Assembly (NCBI GenBank): GCA_963665115.1 | Contig: OY762007.1 | Location: 5,536,001 to 5,600,000 of the forward strand | From: an uncultured Rivularia sp. | GTDB taxonomy: Bacteria > Cyanobacteriota > Cyanobacteriia > Cyanobacteriales > Nostocaceae | Direction of reading: 5' to 3' | Length of the DNA stretch: 64,000 bases | In this document: in pieces, positions 44,001 through 54,953 of the stretch | How the letters are laid out: the number at the start of each line of letters is the position of its first letter | Numbering within the stretch: the first letter of the stretch is position 1 | Notes under the pieces: generated by a model | What the model was told of the DNA's origin: nothing | Seen by the model: the letters and a program-made list of their open reading frames with translations, nothing else | The model's database searches: none | Position numbers and translations under genes: made by a program

Positions 44001-44837
44001 ATGAAAATTAATTTATTTCGTTTATCTCAGCGCCCTGCCCCTATAAGGTTGGGCTGCTTTATTTTAAGTTTGTTGTTGCCGTGGTTGCCTTATGCTGCGG
44101 CGATTTACATTATGGTTAAGGATGAAAATACCCGCACTATTTTAACGATGGGTATTTTAGCAGTTGAGTTTTTATTTTTACTACCTTGGTGGAGTAAATA
44201 TATTCATCAGCAAACTCCAGCATTCCGCCATTATGGTTTAGAGTTTACCCGGAAAAACGGAGTCGAGTTGCTGCGAGGTGTGGCAATTGGGCTAATTAGT
44301 GTTTTATTATTATTCGCCGTGCAAGGAATATTGGGTTGGTTGGTTTGGCAGCAACCCACTTTTTCGATGTTGCAATTGGTTTTGGAAGGTTTGCTTACTG
44401 GTTTGGGTGTAGCTTTCGCTGAAGAATTATTCTTTCGGGGGTTTATATATGATGAATTGCAGCGAGATTATAATTCTAAAGCAGTAGTTTGGGCAACTGC
44501 GATTATTTTTGCCGTACTGCACTTTATTAAGCCGCTGCCAGTAATTATAAGTACGTCGCCGCAATTTTTAGGGTTGTTACTTTTAGGTTTGGCTTGCGTC
44601 TGGGCTAAACGTAGTTGCAGGGGGCGCTTAGGCTTATCCATCGGACTTCATGGGGGTTTAGTCTGGGGTAATTACATTATTGAAGTAGGAAAATTAATTA
44701 AATATTCTGGCACGGTTCCCCAATGGGTTACTGGTGTAAATAATAATCCTTTAGCTGGGGTAATGGGTTTATTAAGTTTACTATTGTTAGCTTTGTGGAT
44801 GCGTCAAAAGCAGTTAACAGTTAGCAGTAAACAGTAA
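44001..44837 (+). CDS. CPBP (Abi/CAAX) family intramembrane metalloprotease
   Basis: EELFFRG, FAVLH and IGLHGG motifs in a multi-TM protein. Confidence 0.9.
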   Translation: MKINLFRLSQRPAPIRLGCFILSLLLPWLPYAAAIYIMVKDENTRTILTMGILAVEFLFLLPWWSKYIHQQTPAFRHYGLEFTRKNGVELLRGVAIGLISVLLLFAVQGILGWLVWQQPTFSMLQLVLEGLLTGLGVAFAEELFFRGFIYDELQRDYNSKAVVWATAIIFAVLHFIKPLPVIISTSPQFLGLLLLGLACVWAKRSCRGRLGLSIGLHGGLVWGNYIIEVGKLIKYSGTVPQWVTGVNNNPLAGVMGLLSLLLLALWMRQKQLTVSSKQ

Positions 44838-44880
44838 CCAATTATCAATTATCAATTATCAATTATCAGTTAGCTTGGAA

Positions 44881-46039
44881 TTATTCATTCAAAGGTAGGC
44901 TAATATAACCCCATTTTTCGCCAACTTTAACCCAGGCTTTTCCTATTTTTGGATAAGTGGTATTTGTTTGGTATGACAATATTTCACCGGCATGATCGAA
45001 TCGTGGCGAGATTACCATTTGACCTTTTTTATTGATATAGCCCCATTTATCCTCAATATTTACTTTTGCTAACCCTTGAGAAAATTTACCCACGTCTCCA
45101 AATTGTGGCTTGATAACAAGCTTACCTTTCTTATTGATATAGCCATATTTTCCATTTATCCATACTGGTGCAAGCCCGTTAGAAAAATTACTGGCTTCTA
45201 AAAAAGATGGCTCGATCTCAAATTTACCTTTGCTATTTATATATCCCCATTTGCTATCCTGACTTGCTAATGCCAATCCTTCAGAAAAATTCCACGCTCG
45301 CTCAAATTGTGGTGCGATCGCCAGTTTACCTTTGCTATTTATATAACCCCATTTCCCAGCAATTCTAACTGGGGGCCATATTTTCATTAAAGGAGGCAGC
45401 TTTGTCAAATTGAGGTTTTATGACTAAATTTCCACTTGTATCGATATAGCCCCATTTTTCGCCTACTTTCACGGGTGCAAGCATTACTTTATTCGCAACT
45501 TTGCTTTGCTTATCTGTTGTAAAAGACATGGCATCATCAAATTGAGGTTGGATAACAAATTTACCAGTTTTGTTTATGTAACCCCATTTATCACCTGATT
45601 TAACAAGTGCAATTCCTTGAGTAAATTCCCGCGCTGAATCAAACTTTGCTTGAATGGCTAACGAACCATTTTTATTGATATATCCCCATTTATCACCTAT
45701 ATCTACCCATGCTAATCCTTCGGAAAATTCTCCAGCACCATCAAATACTGGCGGGATAACTACTTTTCCAGCATTGTTAATATATCCCTTACGATAACCA
45801 ATATATACTGAAGCAAATCCTTCAGAAAACTCGCTTACTGATGTAAATTTTGGCTGAATTGTAAAAGTATAATTGTTATTTTTACTACTTCTTAAACGCT
45901 TTGAAATTGAACTGCTATCCTTAGAATTAGAAAAAGCTGGTGCTGAGGATATCAAGCAGGGAAGAGTAACAAGTAAAGCAGAAATCACTGCCAATCGCTT
46001 GCAAGCAAATGAGAAAGCGGCTTTGGATGATATATCCAT
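44881..46039 (-). CDS. WG-repeat (beta-propeller-like) secreted protein, with an apparent +1 frameshift at 45371-45375
   Basis: Repeated FSEGLA.V....KWGYIN..G..VI.PQF units span both ORFs. Confidence 0.88.
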
Positions 46040-46213
46040 ATAATTGTGTCGATTTTTATAGATTTTAATACTGGTACGAACCAGTTAGTTAAAGGTTAAT
46101 AAATTTTTATACTTTAAAATAAAATTACTTACCCTGGTTTGATCACGTTTAAGTTTGGTTAAATGTTCCTTCTTCAGTTACCAAGTACCAGTCATCAATA
46201 CTTGTAATACAAA

Positions 46214-46293
46214 GTTCGTAGTAGTGCTTTAGCACCTCCGATAAGAGGCGCTGTTAGCGGAGCGTGCCCGGAGGGCATAGCGCTACTACGAAC
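46214..46293. repeat. GTAG-type REP-like composite inverted repeat
   Basis: gttcgtagtagtgc...cgctactacgaac with internal hairpins. Confidence 0.6.
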
Positions 46294-46335
46294 CTTAATT
46301 GTATGTAGTATTAGACACAACTATTTATTTTGGAT

Positions 46336-46977
46336 TTATTTAACAACCTTTTGAACTATAGTTCCGACTAAACAAGCTTTATCGAAATTTACGCCGTCTA
46401 AATTCGCATCTTGTAATTCCGCGCACAATAAATTTGCACCTGTAAAATTCGCACCTGCTAAATTAGCTTTGCGTAAGTCGGCTTCTTCTAAGTTGGCTTC
46501 GCTTAATAATGCACCTTGTAAATCTGCACGACTCAAGTCTGCACCTTTAAGGTTTGCACCTGTAAAATTGGCACCGCGTAAATCGGCACCGCGTAAGTCA
46601 ACCCCTTGCAAATCAACGTTAATTAAGTTACTACCACTTAAGAAAGCACCTGCGAAAGAAACTTCGCTAAGTATGGCACCCATAAAGTTAGCGCCGCGTA
46701 AATTGCTACCTCGTACATCCGCGCCGGTTAAATCTGCTTGCATCAAGTTAGCTCCCATCAAGTTGGCTCGCAAGTCAGTTTGTTGGAGGTTTGCGCCCAT
46801 AAAATTCGCTCCTTCTAAATGAGCGCCTTCAAATTTGGAATGAGCAAAATTTGTACCTACCAGAGTTGCACCAGCTAAATTTGCTCTACTTAAGTCAACT
46901 TTAGATAATTCTTCGTCTTCTAAATTAGCTCCGGCTAGCTGCTTCAATTCACCGGATTTAATGGCTTCAATATTCAT
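46336..46977 (-). CDS. Pentapeptide repeat protein
   Basis: Continuous A(D/N)LxG pentapeptides. Confidence 0.95.
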   Translation of the reverse strand: MNIEAIKSGELKQLAGANLEDEELSKVDLSRANLAGATLVGTNFAHSKFEGAHLEGANFMGANLQQTDLRANLMGANLMQADLTGADVRGSNLRGANFMGAILSEVSFAGAFLSGSNLINVDLQGVDLRGADLRGANFTGANLKGADLSRADLQGALLSEANLEEADLRKANLAGANFTGANLLCAELQDANLDGVNFDKACLVGTIVQKVVK

Positions 46978-47101
46978 ATATATCTTTATTACATTAATAA
47001 TAATTTATAAATTTAAAACAACTAGACGCAAAGAGACAACTCTATTATCGCTCCTTACGTCCATGCTTCAAATTATCCATTGAGAATCCAAGCAAAACAA
47101 A

Positions 47102-48496
47102 TTATTTAAAGTAACTTCTTATTACACTTGGCTCGCTTATTCCTCCTTGATTGCTATCAACCAACCACACTCCAGCGCTCAACTTAGGTGAAATTACGGG
47201 TAATTCAAGCCCTTGATGAAAACCCATAACTAATAAAGTCAAGGTTTCTATTAGTTTAGGATCGAAACGACTTGATTGTTGTTGAGTGCATTCTTCTAAA
47301 GCTTGAGTAAATGTTTCTTCCTTAGTTAATCCCGAAGAGAACTTTTGACTTACTCTGAATTGGAAATCTGCCACTAAAGCCAAAATTCTGGACTCTAAAG
47401 GAATGTCGTCTCCTCCTAATCCTGTTGGCTCCCCAGTACCATCCCACCATTCCGATTGATGGGTAATAATTTGTGCTACAGCTCGCAATCTTGGCATAGT
47501 ACGTAACACCTGCGTGCCCGGTACTAAGGCACAAGTCAAAGCACAACTGGGTGCGTCTTCTTTGTAAGTTGTAGATGTTCCAGGAGTCAAAACGCTTTCG
47601 GCATTTTGCAGGGGATGTATGCGATGTAGAAAACCCGCAAGCCGCAATCGTTTCATTTGCCACGCAGGCAAATCTAAAAGCTGCCCCATTGTTTCGGATA
47701 ATGCTACAACTTCTGTTGCTGCCATTGGGTTGGTAACATCGGCAGCATCAAGAAGTTGTGCCATCCGTAAAAATGCTTGAATTTCATTAGAAAATAAGTT
47801 TCTATCTAAAATTCTCTGACGATTACCAGCAGGAACAGAAATATTAGTTTGTTCGGTTTGCAAATAGTCTACAACTTTGGAAACTACAGTTGCTAATTCT
47901 TCTGATGTGGCAACAGTTGGGTTAATTTCCCGTTCGTATTCCTGTAGCTTCTTCGCAAGTTCGGGATTATAACTTTCAATATGATTAATCGCTATTCTTG
48001 CGGTTTCCTTAACTAAATCCGGCTCAAACGTCCACAAACCATAAAATTTGCGCTCTAAATCCGATTGTGGCTGTCCCGATGAACCATAATCTTCTTCAGA
48101 TAGCTCTTGACAAATCACCATTGCCGTGTAGTTAGGCGATAAAATAATTAAATGCCATTCTTCAGCAACAGCATCTTCTGGTTCTATAGACACCAAGTCT
48201 ACATTAGGTAGGTTGCTGGTAGGATGTTCGAGCCATGCACTATCGGCAGCTGCCATAATCGAAATTAGAGAAGAACACTTCGCAATATCTGCATAACGAT
48301 TAGCTTCTTCTAAATACCACTTTCCTTGCTGAAAAGCAGTGATAACTAAAGGTTTACTGTCGTCGTCTAATATATGGTCTTCTAAAGCGTGGCAAAGAGC
48401 CACCAAAGTATTTTTATAGTAAACGCCGTATCTGATCGGTCTTTTACTATCTTGATGGGCTTCTTGCAGCTTTTGGAGTATTGAGCCTTCTAACAT
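47102..48496 (-). CDS. DICT sensory domain plus a degenerate HD-GYP domain
   Basis: KNTLVALCHALED, AFQ and EWHLII (DICT). EWWDGTGEPTGLGGDDIPLESRIL and RFDPKL (HD-GYP-like). Confidence 0.85.
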   Translation of the reverse strand: MLEGSILQKLQEAHQDSKRPIRYGVYYKNTLVALCHALEDHILDDDSKPLVITAFQQGKWYLEEANRYADIAKCSSLISIMAAADSAWLEHPTSNLPNVDLVSIEPEDAVAEEWHLIILSPNYTAMVICQELSEEDYGSSGQPQSDLERKFYGLWTFEPDLVKETARIAINHIESYNPELAKKLQEYEREINPTVATSEELATVVSKVVDYLQTEQTNISVPAGNRQRILDRNLFSNEIQAFLRMAQLLDAADVTNPMAATEVVALSETMGQLLDLPAWQMKRLRLAGFLHRIHPLQNAESVLTPGTSTTYKEDAPSCALTCALVPGTQVLRTMPRLRAVAQIITHQSEWWDGTGEPTGLGGDDIPLESRILALVADFQFRVSQKFSSGLTKEETFTQALEECTQQQSSRFDPKLIETLTLLVMGFHQGLELPVISPKLSAGVWLVDSNQGGISEPSVIRSYFK

Positions 48497-48747
48497 TGGG
48501 TTTTATTAATTTTATTAAACTAATCTCAAATGCATTGCGAGCAATTCTAACACCGCTACAGGTATAAAGGGATTTATCTATGGTAATAATTAATTATTCT
48601 CGAAAACTCCCGAAAATATACTGTTAGGGCTAAGTAATTACTTTGAGTCCGAATCTTTCCTAGTGTTTTTCTCCTTTAACTCATTGACTTGTTGCTGCTC
48701 CCCTAATTTATTTATAGTAGGGTGAACTCTGCCACCCTACTGATAAC

Positions 48748-50320
48748 TTATGATACACCAGCAAGTTGCTTTGGTTTTGTTTGAATTGGTGCGGAAAGTG
48801 CTTCTTCTAATGGGGCACAGCCAAGTTTTTCTTCTAGGATTTTCATGACTTCGCGTCCGAAATCATTGGGGTTTTGTCGTGTGGCTTGCAAACAGACTTC
48901 ACCAAAAAATGAACCCAAAGGTTCGGGATTCCATAATAATTTTCTAGCATTCCACGGAGCTAAAAGCATCGGATTGTAACCTTTGTTGAGAATACCTTCT
49001 TTAAAAGCGTATTCTTCTAAATGGGTGTGGGGTTGCAATCCAATAAAGAAAATTGCTGGTTCAACTTTATCTACGCCGAAAATTCGTTCTAATTCGCGAT
49101 GGTAAGCGATTGTTTGGCGAATTGTCTCGGTACGTTCGTCTATTACATTAAAAGAATAGTTAACCGAAACTAAATCGTTGAATCCAGCAGCTTTTAAATC
49201 GCGGCAGTTTTCTAAAACGGTTCGCAGATTGTAACCCATCCGCATTTTACGCACTAATTCCTGAGAGCCACTGGTAATACCGATTTCAAAATAATTCATT
49301 CCGGTTTTTACCATCAAATCGCATAGCTTCGGAGTCAGGTTATCGGCGCGGATATATGCCGCCCAATTAATATCCGTCATTCCCGAATCAACGATTTTTT
49401 CCAATAATTCCACAGCATCATCCATGAATTTTCGTGCTGGGATAAATTGAGCATCGGTAAACCAAAATTTACGAATTCCTCTATCGTAAAGTTGTCGCAT
49501 TTCCGCAACTACTTCATCAGCCGGATTAATCCGTACCTGCTTACCTTCCACCACCGTGTAAACGCAGTAGCAGCAATTGTGAGGACAACCGCGCTTAGTT
49601 TGTACGCCAATATAAAAATCTTGTTCTTGAAGATAATAGTTAAACTCAGACCAAATACTTTGTATATAGTCGTAATTACAAGCGCTTTTCTCAATGGGAG
49701 TAGGTTGTTCGTGAATCAGGCGATCGCGCGGTTGAGTTTCTCCTACCACATAACAGCGTTCGTCCCTAAATTCTTTGCCGCTTAACAGCTTTTCTAATAA
49801 GCTTTCCCCTTCACCAACGGAAACAATCGAACCTTTGGGTAAGCTGTTGTTCAACTGCTCGTAATAAACGCTAACCGCACCACCACCAACAATAACCCGG
49901 ACATCTTTATTGTATTTACGAGCGCGGTTTAATCCACGTTTAATCAATGCCGAATTTCGCCAAAGTTCTGTATAAAAGCCTTTGAGCATTTGCACGCCAC
50001 CTAAAGCTCCGTGCATTTTCACAAAAGGATTTTTGGCGTAGAAAATTTCAAAAGAATACTGTAAAGGATTCCCACCTCTTCCGCCAACTGGAGCAAAAAT
50101 ATGAATATCGCGCCAAGAATAAATTAATAGCGTCGGCTTAAATTCATCAATACAGGCATCCAGAGCAGATTTATAGTCTAAAGGTGGTACCGTTTCCCAA
50201 ATCAAAAATCCGCTGTTCGACATTCTCGAACAATTTATGGACGTGATCTGCAAGGTATACTACCCCAATGGGAAAAATCGGATTACAAGGAAGGCGAACG
50301 TAGAGAATTTTGTTTTCCAT
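48748..50320 (-). CDS. B12-binding radical SAM protein (cyanobacterial photosystem II high-light acclimation type), with an apparent +1 frameshift at 50193-50195
   Basis: The true N-terminus MENKILYVRLPCNPIFPIGVVYLADH starts at 50320. It contains VGGGA, VGEGE and QTKRGCPHNCCYC (CxxxCxxC). Confidence 0.88.
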
Positions 50321-50978
50321 AGTTAACTGTTTCAACTTCTATATTGCGGCTATCAAAAAAACAGAGCTAATATTTGCTTTAAAACTAGATATTTAGATTA
50401 ATTTTCGTCCTTAATGACAATCGTACCTGAGTTTTCACTCAATTTTGAATAAATGAGATTGTCGCTTAAAACGCTTTTTGACAGGTAAAAACTCCTATAA
50501 GAGCCAGATTAAACAATTATCTTCATCGAAAAGTTTTATGAAAATCAACTTCATATACCTTTACGATAACATCCACTTCCTTTCTCAAACCCATTTGTTT
50601 TGCGATCGGGAGCAGAGGAAGCTGGGGAGGCTGGGGAGGCTGGGGAGGTAATTAATTTTATTTCTTATATTTCTTATATATATTATTCTTCCCCTGTTCC
50701 CTCCGCTCTCTTCAACTGCCAATTGTTATCTAGTTACTATTTGTTGAGAACTAAAGTCTGATATTATGGGAAACTAAATTATTACCAGTATAAAAATGCA
50801 GCAAGATTCAGTAAATATTCTAGAGTTTTGTTAGCAGGTTAATTGAAAAATATTGTTCGGGCAGTAAAACTTATTTCCTATTGTCTTTTTGCTAAAAAAT
50901 ATCGTTGGCATTAAGTTTACTGATACCAAGGGTGCAGTGTAGAAGTTAAATTACGTACATAACCTTTGGCTGATTGTT

Positions 50979-51602
50979 ATGCAGAAGCGTTTGACAACAA
51001 AACAAGTTTCCCAAATTGTCGCAGAAGTTGAACGTTTGTCTCAACGACGACAATCTGAAATTGAAGTGGAAGAGTTACAGCAGATTTTACAGGAGTTGAA
51101 TTTACCTGAAGATTTGCTCGATGAAGCGGTAATGCAGGTTTATCGCAAGCAAGCTGTAGATAAGCAGAAGAAGCGCAATCGTTTGATAATTGGCGGTGTA
51201 ATGGCTGTGGTGGTAAGTGCGATCGCGGCGGCATTTTTTATGCAACAGCAGCAGCAGCAAGCACTTGAACGTATTAATGTTTACGATAGTCGAGTTGGTT
51301 TTAGACGTAATGATTCTGGGAGCGTAGAAGAAATCAACCGTCAAAATACTCCGGAAATATTTTACAATGTTACTCTTCAAGATGTTCCGATCGGAGAACA
51401 GGTAAAATTAGGCTGTAATTGGGTAGATCCTAACCGTGAAATAGCTCATCAAAATAATTGGAAAACTAAAACTGTTAGTAAGGAAGTTTGGAATACCCAT
51501 TGCCGCTACAAATTCAAGAAGAATGTTGCTACTGGTAATTGGATTGTACAAATGACTTTGGATGATGAAGTTATTAGTAGCAATAAGTTTGTTGTTAAGT
51601 AA
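50979..51602 (+). CDS. DUF3859-like membrane-anchored protein
   Basis: N-terminal helical IVAEVERLSQR...LQELNLP, one TM helix, and a C-terminal Ig-like LGCNWVDP...GNWIVQM...FVVK. Confidence 0.6.
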   Translation: MQKRLTTKQVSQIVAEVERLSQRRQSEIEVEELQQILQELNLPEDLLDEAVMQVYRKQAVDKQKKRNRLIIGGVMAVVVSAIAAAFFMQQQQQQALERINVYDSRVGFRRNDSGSVEEINRQNTPEIFYNVTLQDVPIGEQVKLGCNWVDPNREIAHQNNWKTKTVSKEVWNTHCRYKFKKNVATGNWIVQMTLDDEVISSNKFVVK

Positions 51603-51680
51603 TTTGGGAATGGGTAATTGGTAAAATAATTTTAGTTCGTAGTAAGGGCTTTAGCCCTCTAAAATACTGATAATTGATAA

Positions 51681-53420
51681 TTGAAAGAAATAGTAGGTTA
51701 TTGGGGTTGCGGTAATTTATCTGAATCGGAAGCTCTTTTGAATAGGGTATTTAGTAAAGCATCTGATAAGAAAGGGTTGCAAAAGATTAACTATGAAAAT
51801 GACGATTGCTTTGGAGTTTTAGCTGGATGGATTGCAAAGAAAACTTCTATCAATGGCGAAGGAATTGTTAAAAATAAAAATTTTTGTCAGGTTTCGCTTT
51901 CTGCTGCTGGAATTCCAGAGTTGGCAGATGCCACAATTAAGTTTGAAAATAAGCGTTTAATTTTAAGTCGAGATAGAATAGGGCGCGTACCTTTATATTG
52001 GTTTCGGCAAGAGCAGATAATTTGGTTTGCAACGCGAATTCAGTTGTTATTACCTGTTTTAGATTCTCCACAAGTCAGTATTTCAGGTTTTTACGGCTAT
52101 AACTGTTTTTCTTACGTACCTACTCCTTTAACTCCCATCGAAAATGTTTTCACTGTACCCGCAGGATGTGAAATCGTTTGGGAAATTAATAAAAGTCATA
52201 AAATCCAAAACGATCAAATTCAAAATCATCAGTGGAAAGAAGCTAATAATTTAATTCGAGATGAAAAAACGGCGATATCGCAACTACAAGGTTTATTAAA
52301 AGATGCAATCCACCATCAACTTAGTAATTTACCTTCTGCGGAAGTAGGAGTATTTCTTTCTGGAGGGTTAGATTCTTCTGTCGTTGCGGCTTTGTTGGTG
52401 CAAGCTGGAATAAAAGTAAGAGCCTACGCTTTAGATTTTGGCGAATATGGAATTTCTGAATTACCTTTCGCTGAAACTGTCGCCGCACATTTGCAGATTC
52501 CTTTGGTAAAAGTTGACGCAACACCGAAACGCATTAAATCAGCAATTCGCGCTACCGTCAAAGCTTTAGATTTACCTTTTGGAGATGGCGTGACGGTACC
52601 TATATATTTACTGTGCGAAGCTGCATCAAAAGAAACTTCAGTAATTTTCAACGGTGAAGGGGGAGATCAATTATTTGCTGGATGGACAAATAAACCTTTA
52701 ATTGCTGCTGGTATTTATAATTCCGATGATTTTAATCAACAATACTTGAGAACCTTTCATCGACTTTATGGTTACGAAGCACAATCTTTGCAATCAAAAG
52801 TATTTAGTCAAATTGAAAACATTAATCCAGAAGATTGGATTGCATCGGCATTAAATCCAGAATTTACCGACAATATTTTAGCGAGATTGCGGCGTGCAAG
52901 CTTGATGCTCAAAGGCGCACAAAACATTCATCCCAGAGCTACTAATTTAGGAAAAGCCTTTAATTTGAGAGTGCGATCGCCTTTTTGCGATTTAGCATTA
53001 GCCGAATGGAGTTTGGCACTTTCGGGAGAACTTTGTTTGCAGGGAAATACTGAAAAATATATCCTCAAACGTGCGGTTGAATCATGGCTACCTTCGGAAA
53101 TTGTGTGGCGAGAAAAACGCGGTATGGGAGTACCTTTAAATAATTGGTGTTTGGGTGAATTATGGGGAGAAGTTAGCAAAAGATTGAATACAGGTATTTT
53201 GAAATCTGAAGGGTTTTATCAAGAAGATATTATTCGGAAAATTCTCGCGGGTGAAATCGGCGGGCAAATTCGTCAGCGTCGCATCGGTGAAGTTTTGTGG
53301 TTGCTATTGATGTGGGAAGTGTGGAGAGTTGAAGTTTTAGGGGAGAAAGCTGAGGGGAAAGTTTTTGATTATCAGTTGTTGGGATTGAGGGTTTTGCAGA
53401 AGTTTGGGCATAGGGGATAG
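51681..53420 (+). CDS. Asparagine-synthetase-like amide ligase (AsnB fold, lacking the N-terminal Cys)
   Basis: LSRDRIGRVPLYW, the PP-loop FLSGGLDSS, NGEGGDQLFAG, RSPF and EKYILK...REKRGM. Confidence 0.85.
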   Translation: MKEIVGYWGCGNLSESEALLNRVFSKASDKKGLQKINYENDDCFGVLAGWIAKKTSINGEGIVKNKNFCQVSLSAAGIPELADATIKFENKRLILSRDRIGRVPLYWFRQEQIIWFATRIQLLLPVLDSPQVSISGFYGYNCFSYVPTPLTPIENVFTVPAGCEIVWEINKSHKIQNDQIQNHQWKEANNLIRDEKTAISQLQGLLKDAIHHQLSNLPSAEVGVFLSGGLDSSVVAALLVQAGIKVRAYALDFGEYGISELPFAETVAAHLQIPLVKVDATPKRIKSAIRATVKALDLPFGDGVTVPIYLLCEAASKETSVIFNGEGGDQLFAGWTNKPLIAAGIYNSDDFNQQYLRTFHRLYGYEAQSLQSKVFSQIENINPEDWIASALNPEFTDNILARLRRASLMLKGAQNIHPRATNLGKAFNLRVRSPFCDLALAEWSLALSGELCLQGNTEKYILKRAVESWLPSEIVWREKRGMGVPLNNWCLGELWGEVSKRLNTGILKSEGFYQEDIIRKILAGEIGGQIRQRRIGEVLWLLLMWEVWRVEVLGEKAEGKVFDYQLLGLRVLQKFGHRG

Positions 53421-53685
53421 GGGATGGGGGATTGGGAATAGAATAGGAATTTCTCTAATAATTATTTGGCACTTGCAAAAATCTCTCAACTCTTGCGAAA
53501 TAGGTTTCCCTGCCTTAATTTCAAATACTATGGTGCGTTACGGCTTCGGATACATATTGGTTTTTCTTTTATAAATTTAGTGCCGTAACACACCCTACAA
53601 ATTAATTAATAAAAGTAAAATTTGACACCTTGTTAGGATAAAATTTCCTCGTGAATAACTAACTTCATCGCGAGGTTAAATTTCA

Positions 53686-54930
53686 ATGCCCAATGCCCAA
53701 TGCCCAATTCCCCATAGCCTAGCAACAGAAATCCTCTCAATTTATGATTCCCCTTTATACGTTTATCAAGGCGATATCTTACGTCAGACAATTGCTCGCA
53801 TAACTAAATCAATTCCTTATCCCCATACAAAATTTCACTTTGCTAACGTTACTAATGGCAATATTTCATTGCTGCAAATCTTCAAAAATTGCGGTTGGGG
53901 AATTCATGCGAATACACCAGGTGATGTTTATTTAGCGTTAAAAGCTGGTTTTGCTGCTGAAAATATTATTTATAGCGGTAGCAATCTGAATGCTGAGGAA
54001 ATGACTCAGCTATTAAATTGGGGAATTACAGCTTTTAATTTAGATAGCGTTGCTCAATTGCAGGTATTTTGCGACGTTTATCAATCGGAAAATAATGATA
54101 TTAGTAGTGCGAGCATCTTGCTCGCTAGAGATTTGATTGCTCGCACTACGAAAAAAATAAAATTAGGATTGCGTTTAAATCTACCTGAAATCACCGGAAA
54201 TAGTCGTATTGGTGTACGCCCAAATGAATTTATAGAAGCTGTAGAAGTTGCGAAAAAGGCAAAATTAGAAATTAGCGGTTTACATTTTTATCGAGGTACG
54301 GGTACTAATGCCACAAAAGCTTTTACACAAGTAATTCATCAAGTTATCGAAACTGCGAAATTATTACCAGATTGGCAATATTTAGATTTTGGTGGTGGTT
54401 TTGGATATCCCTATCATCATGATGGAGTTGCTTTTAATTGGGAAAGTTTTGGTATAGAAATAACGAATTTATTATTAAAACTGGATAAAAAAATTGATTT
54501 AATTATCGAACCTGGAAGGGCTGCAATTGCTGGTTGTGCGGCTCTTCTGGCTCAAGTTGTTTCTATTAAATGGCAGCAAGATAAACAAATTATCGGCGTT
54601 AATACTACCGTTGCTAATTTATCAGTACCATCTGTACATGGAGGCTACCGCGAAATTATCAGTTGGAAAACGGGAAAATCATATCTTACAGATGTTTGTG
54701 GCAACACTACTTATTCCCGCGATTATTTAGGAAAAAACTGTCAGCTTCCGAAGTTAGAAATTGGAGATATCATAGCTATTTTAGATGTTGGTGCTTATGG
54801 CTATGCGATGTCTTCCCATTTTTTACATCGCCCCCGCCCTGCGGAAGTTTTATTAGAAAATAATAACCATAACTTAATCCGCCGCAGAGAAGATTATGAT
54901 ATTTTATTACACAATCAAATAATTATTTAA
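53686..54930 (+). CDS. Diaminopimelate-decarboxylase-like (PLP fold type III) protein
   Basis: SPLYVY, IIYSG, NLDS, LRLN, SRIG, LHFY, DFGGGFG, IEPGRA and GAYGYAMSSHFLHRPRPAEV. Confidence 0.8.
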   Translation: MPNAQCPIPHSLATEILSIYDSPLYVYQGDILRQTIARITKSIPYPHTKFHFANVTNGNISLLQIFKNCGWGIHANTPGDVYLALKAGFAAENIIYSGSNLNAEEMTQLLNWGITAFNLDSVAQLQVFCDVYQSENNDISSASILLARDLIARTTKKIKLGLRLNLPEITGNSRIGVRPNEFIEAVEVAKKAKLEISGLHFYRGTGTNATKAFTQVIHQVIETAKLLPDWQYLDFGGGFGYPYHHDGVAFNWESFGIEITNLLLKLDKKIDLIIEPGRAAIAGCAALLAQVVSIKWQQDKQIIGVNTTVANLSVPSVHGGYREIISWKTGKSYLTDVCGNTTYSRDYLGKNCQLPKLEIGDIIAILDVGAYGYAMSSHFLHRPRPAEVLLENNNHNLIRRREDYDILLHNQIII

Positions 54931-54953
54931 ATATTAAGTATAAGGAGAAATTA

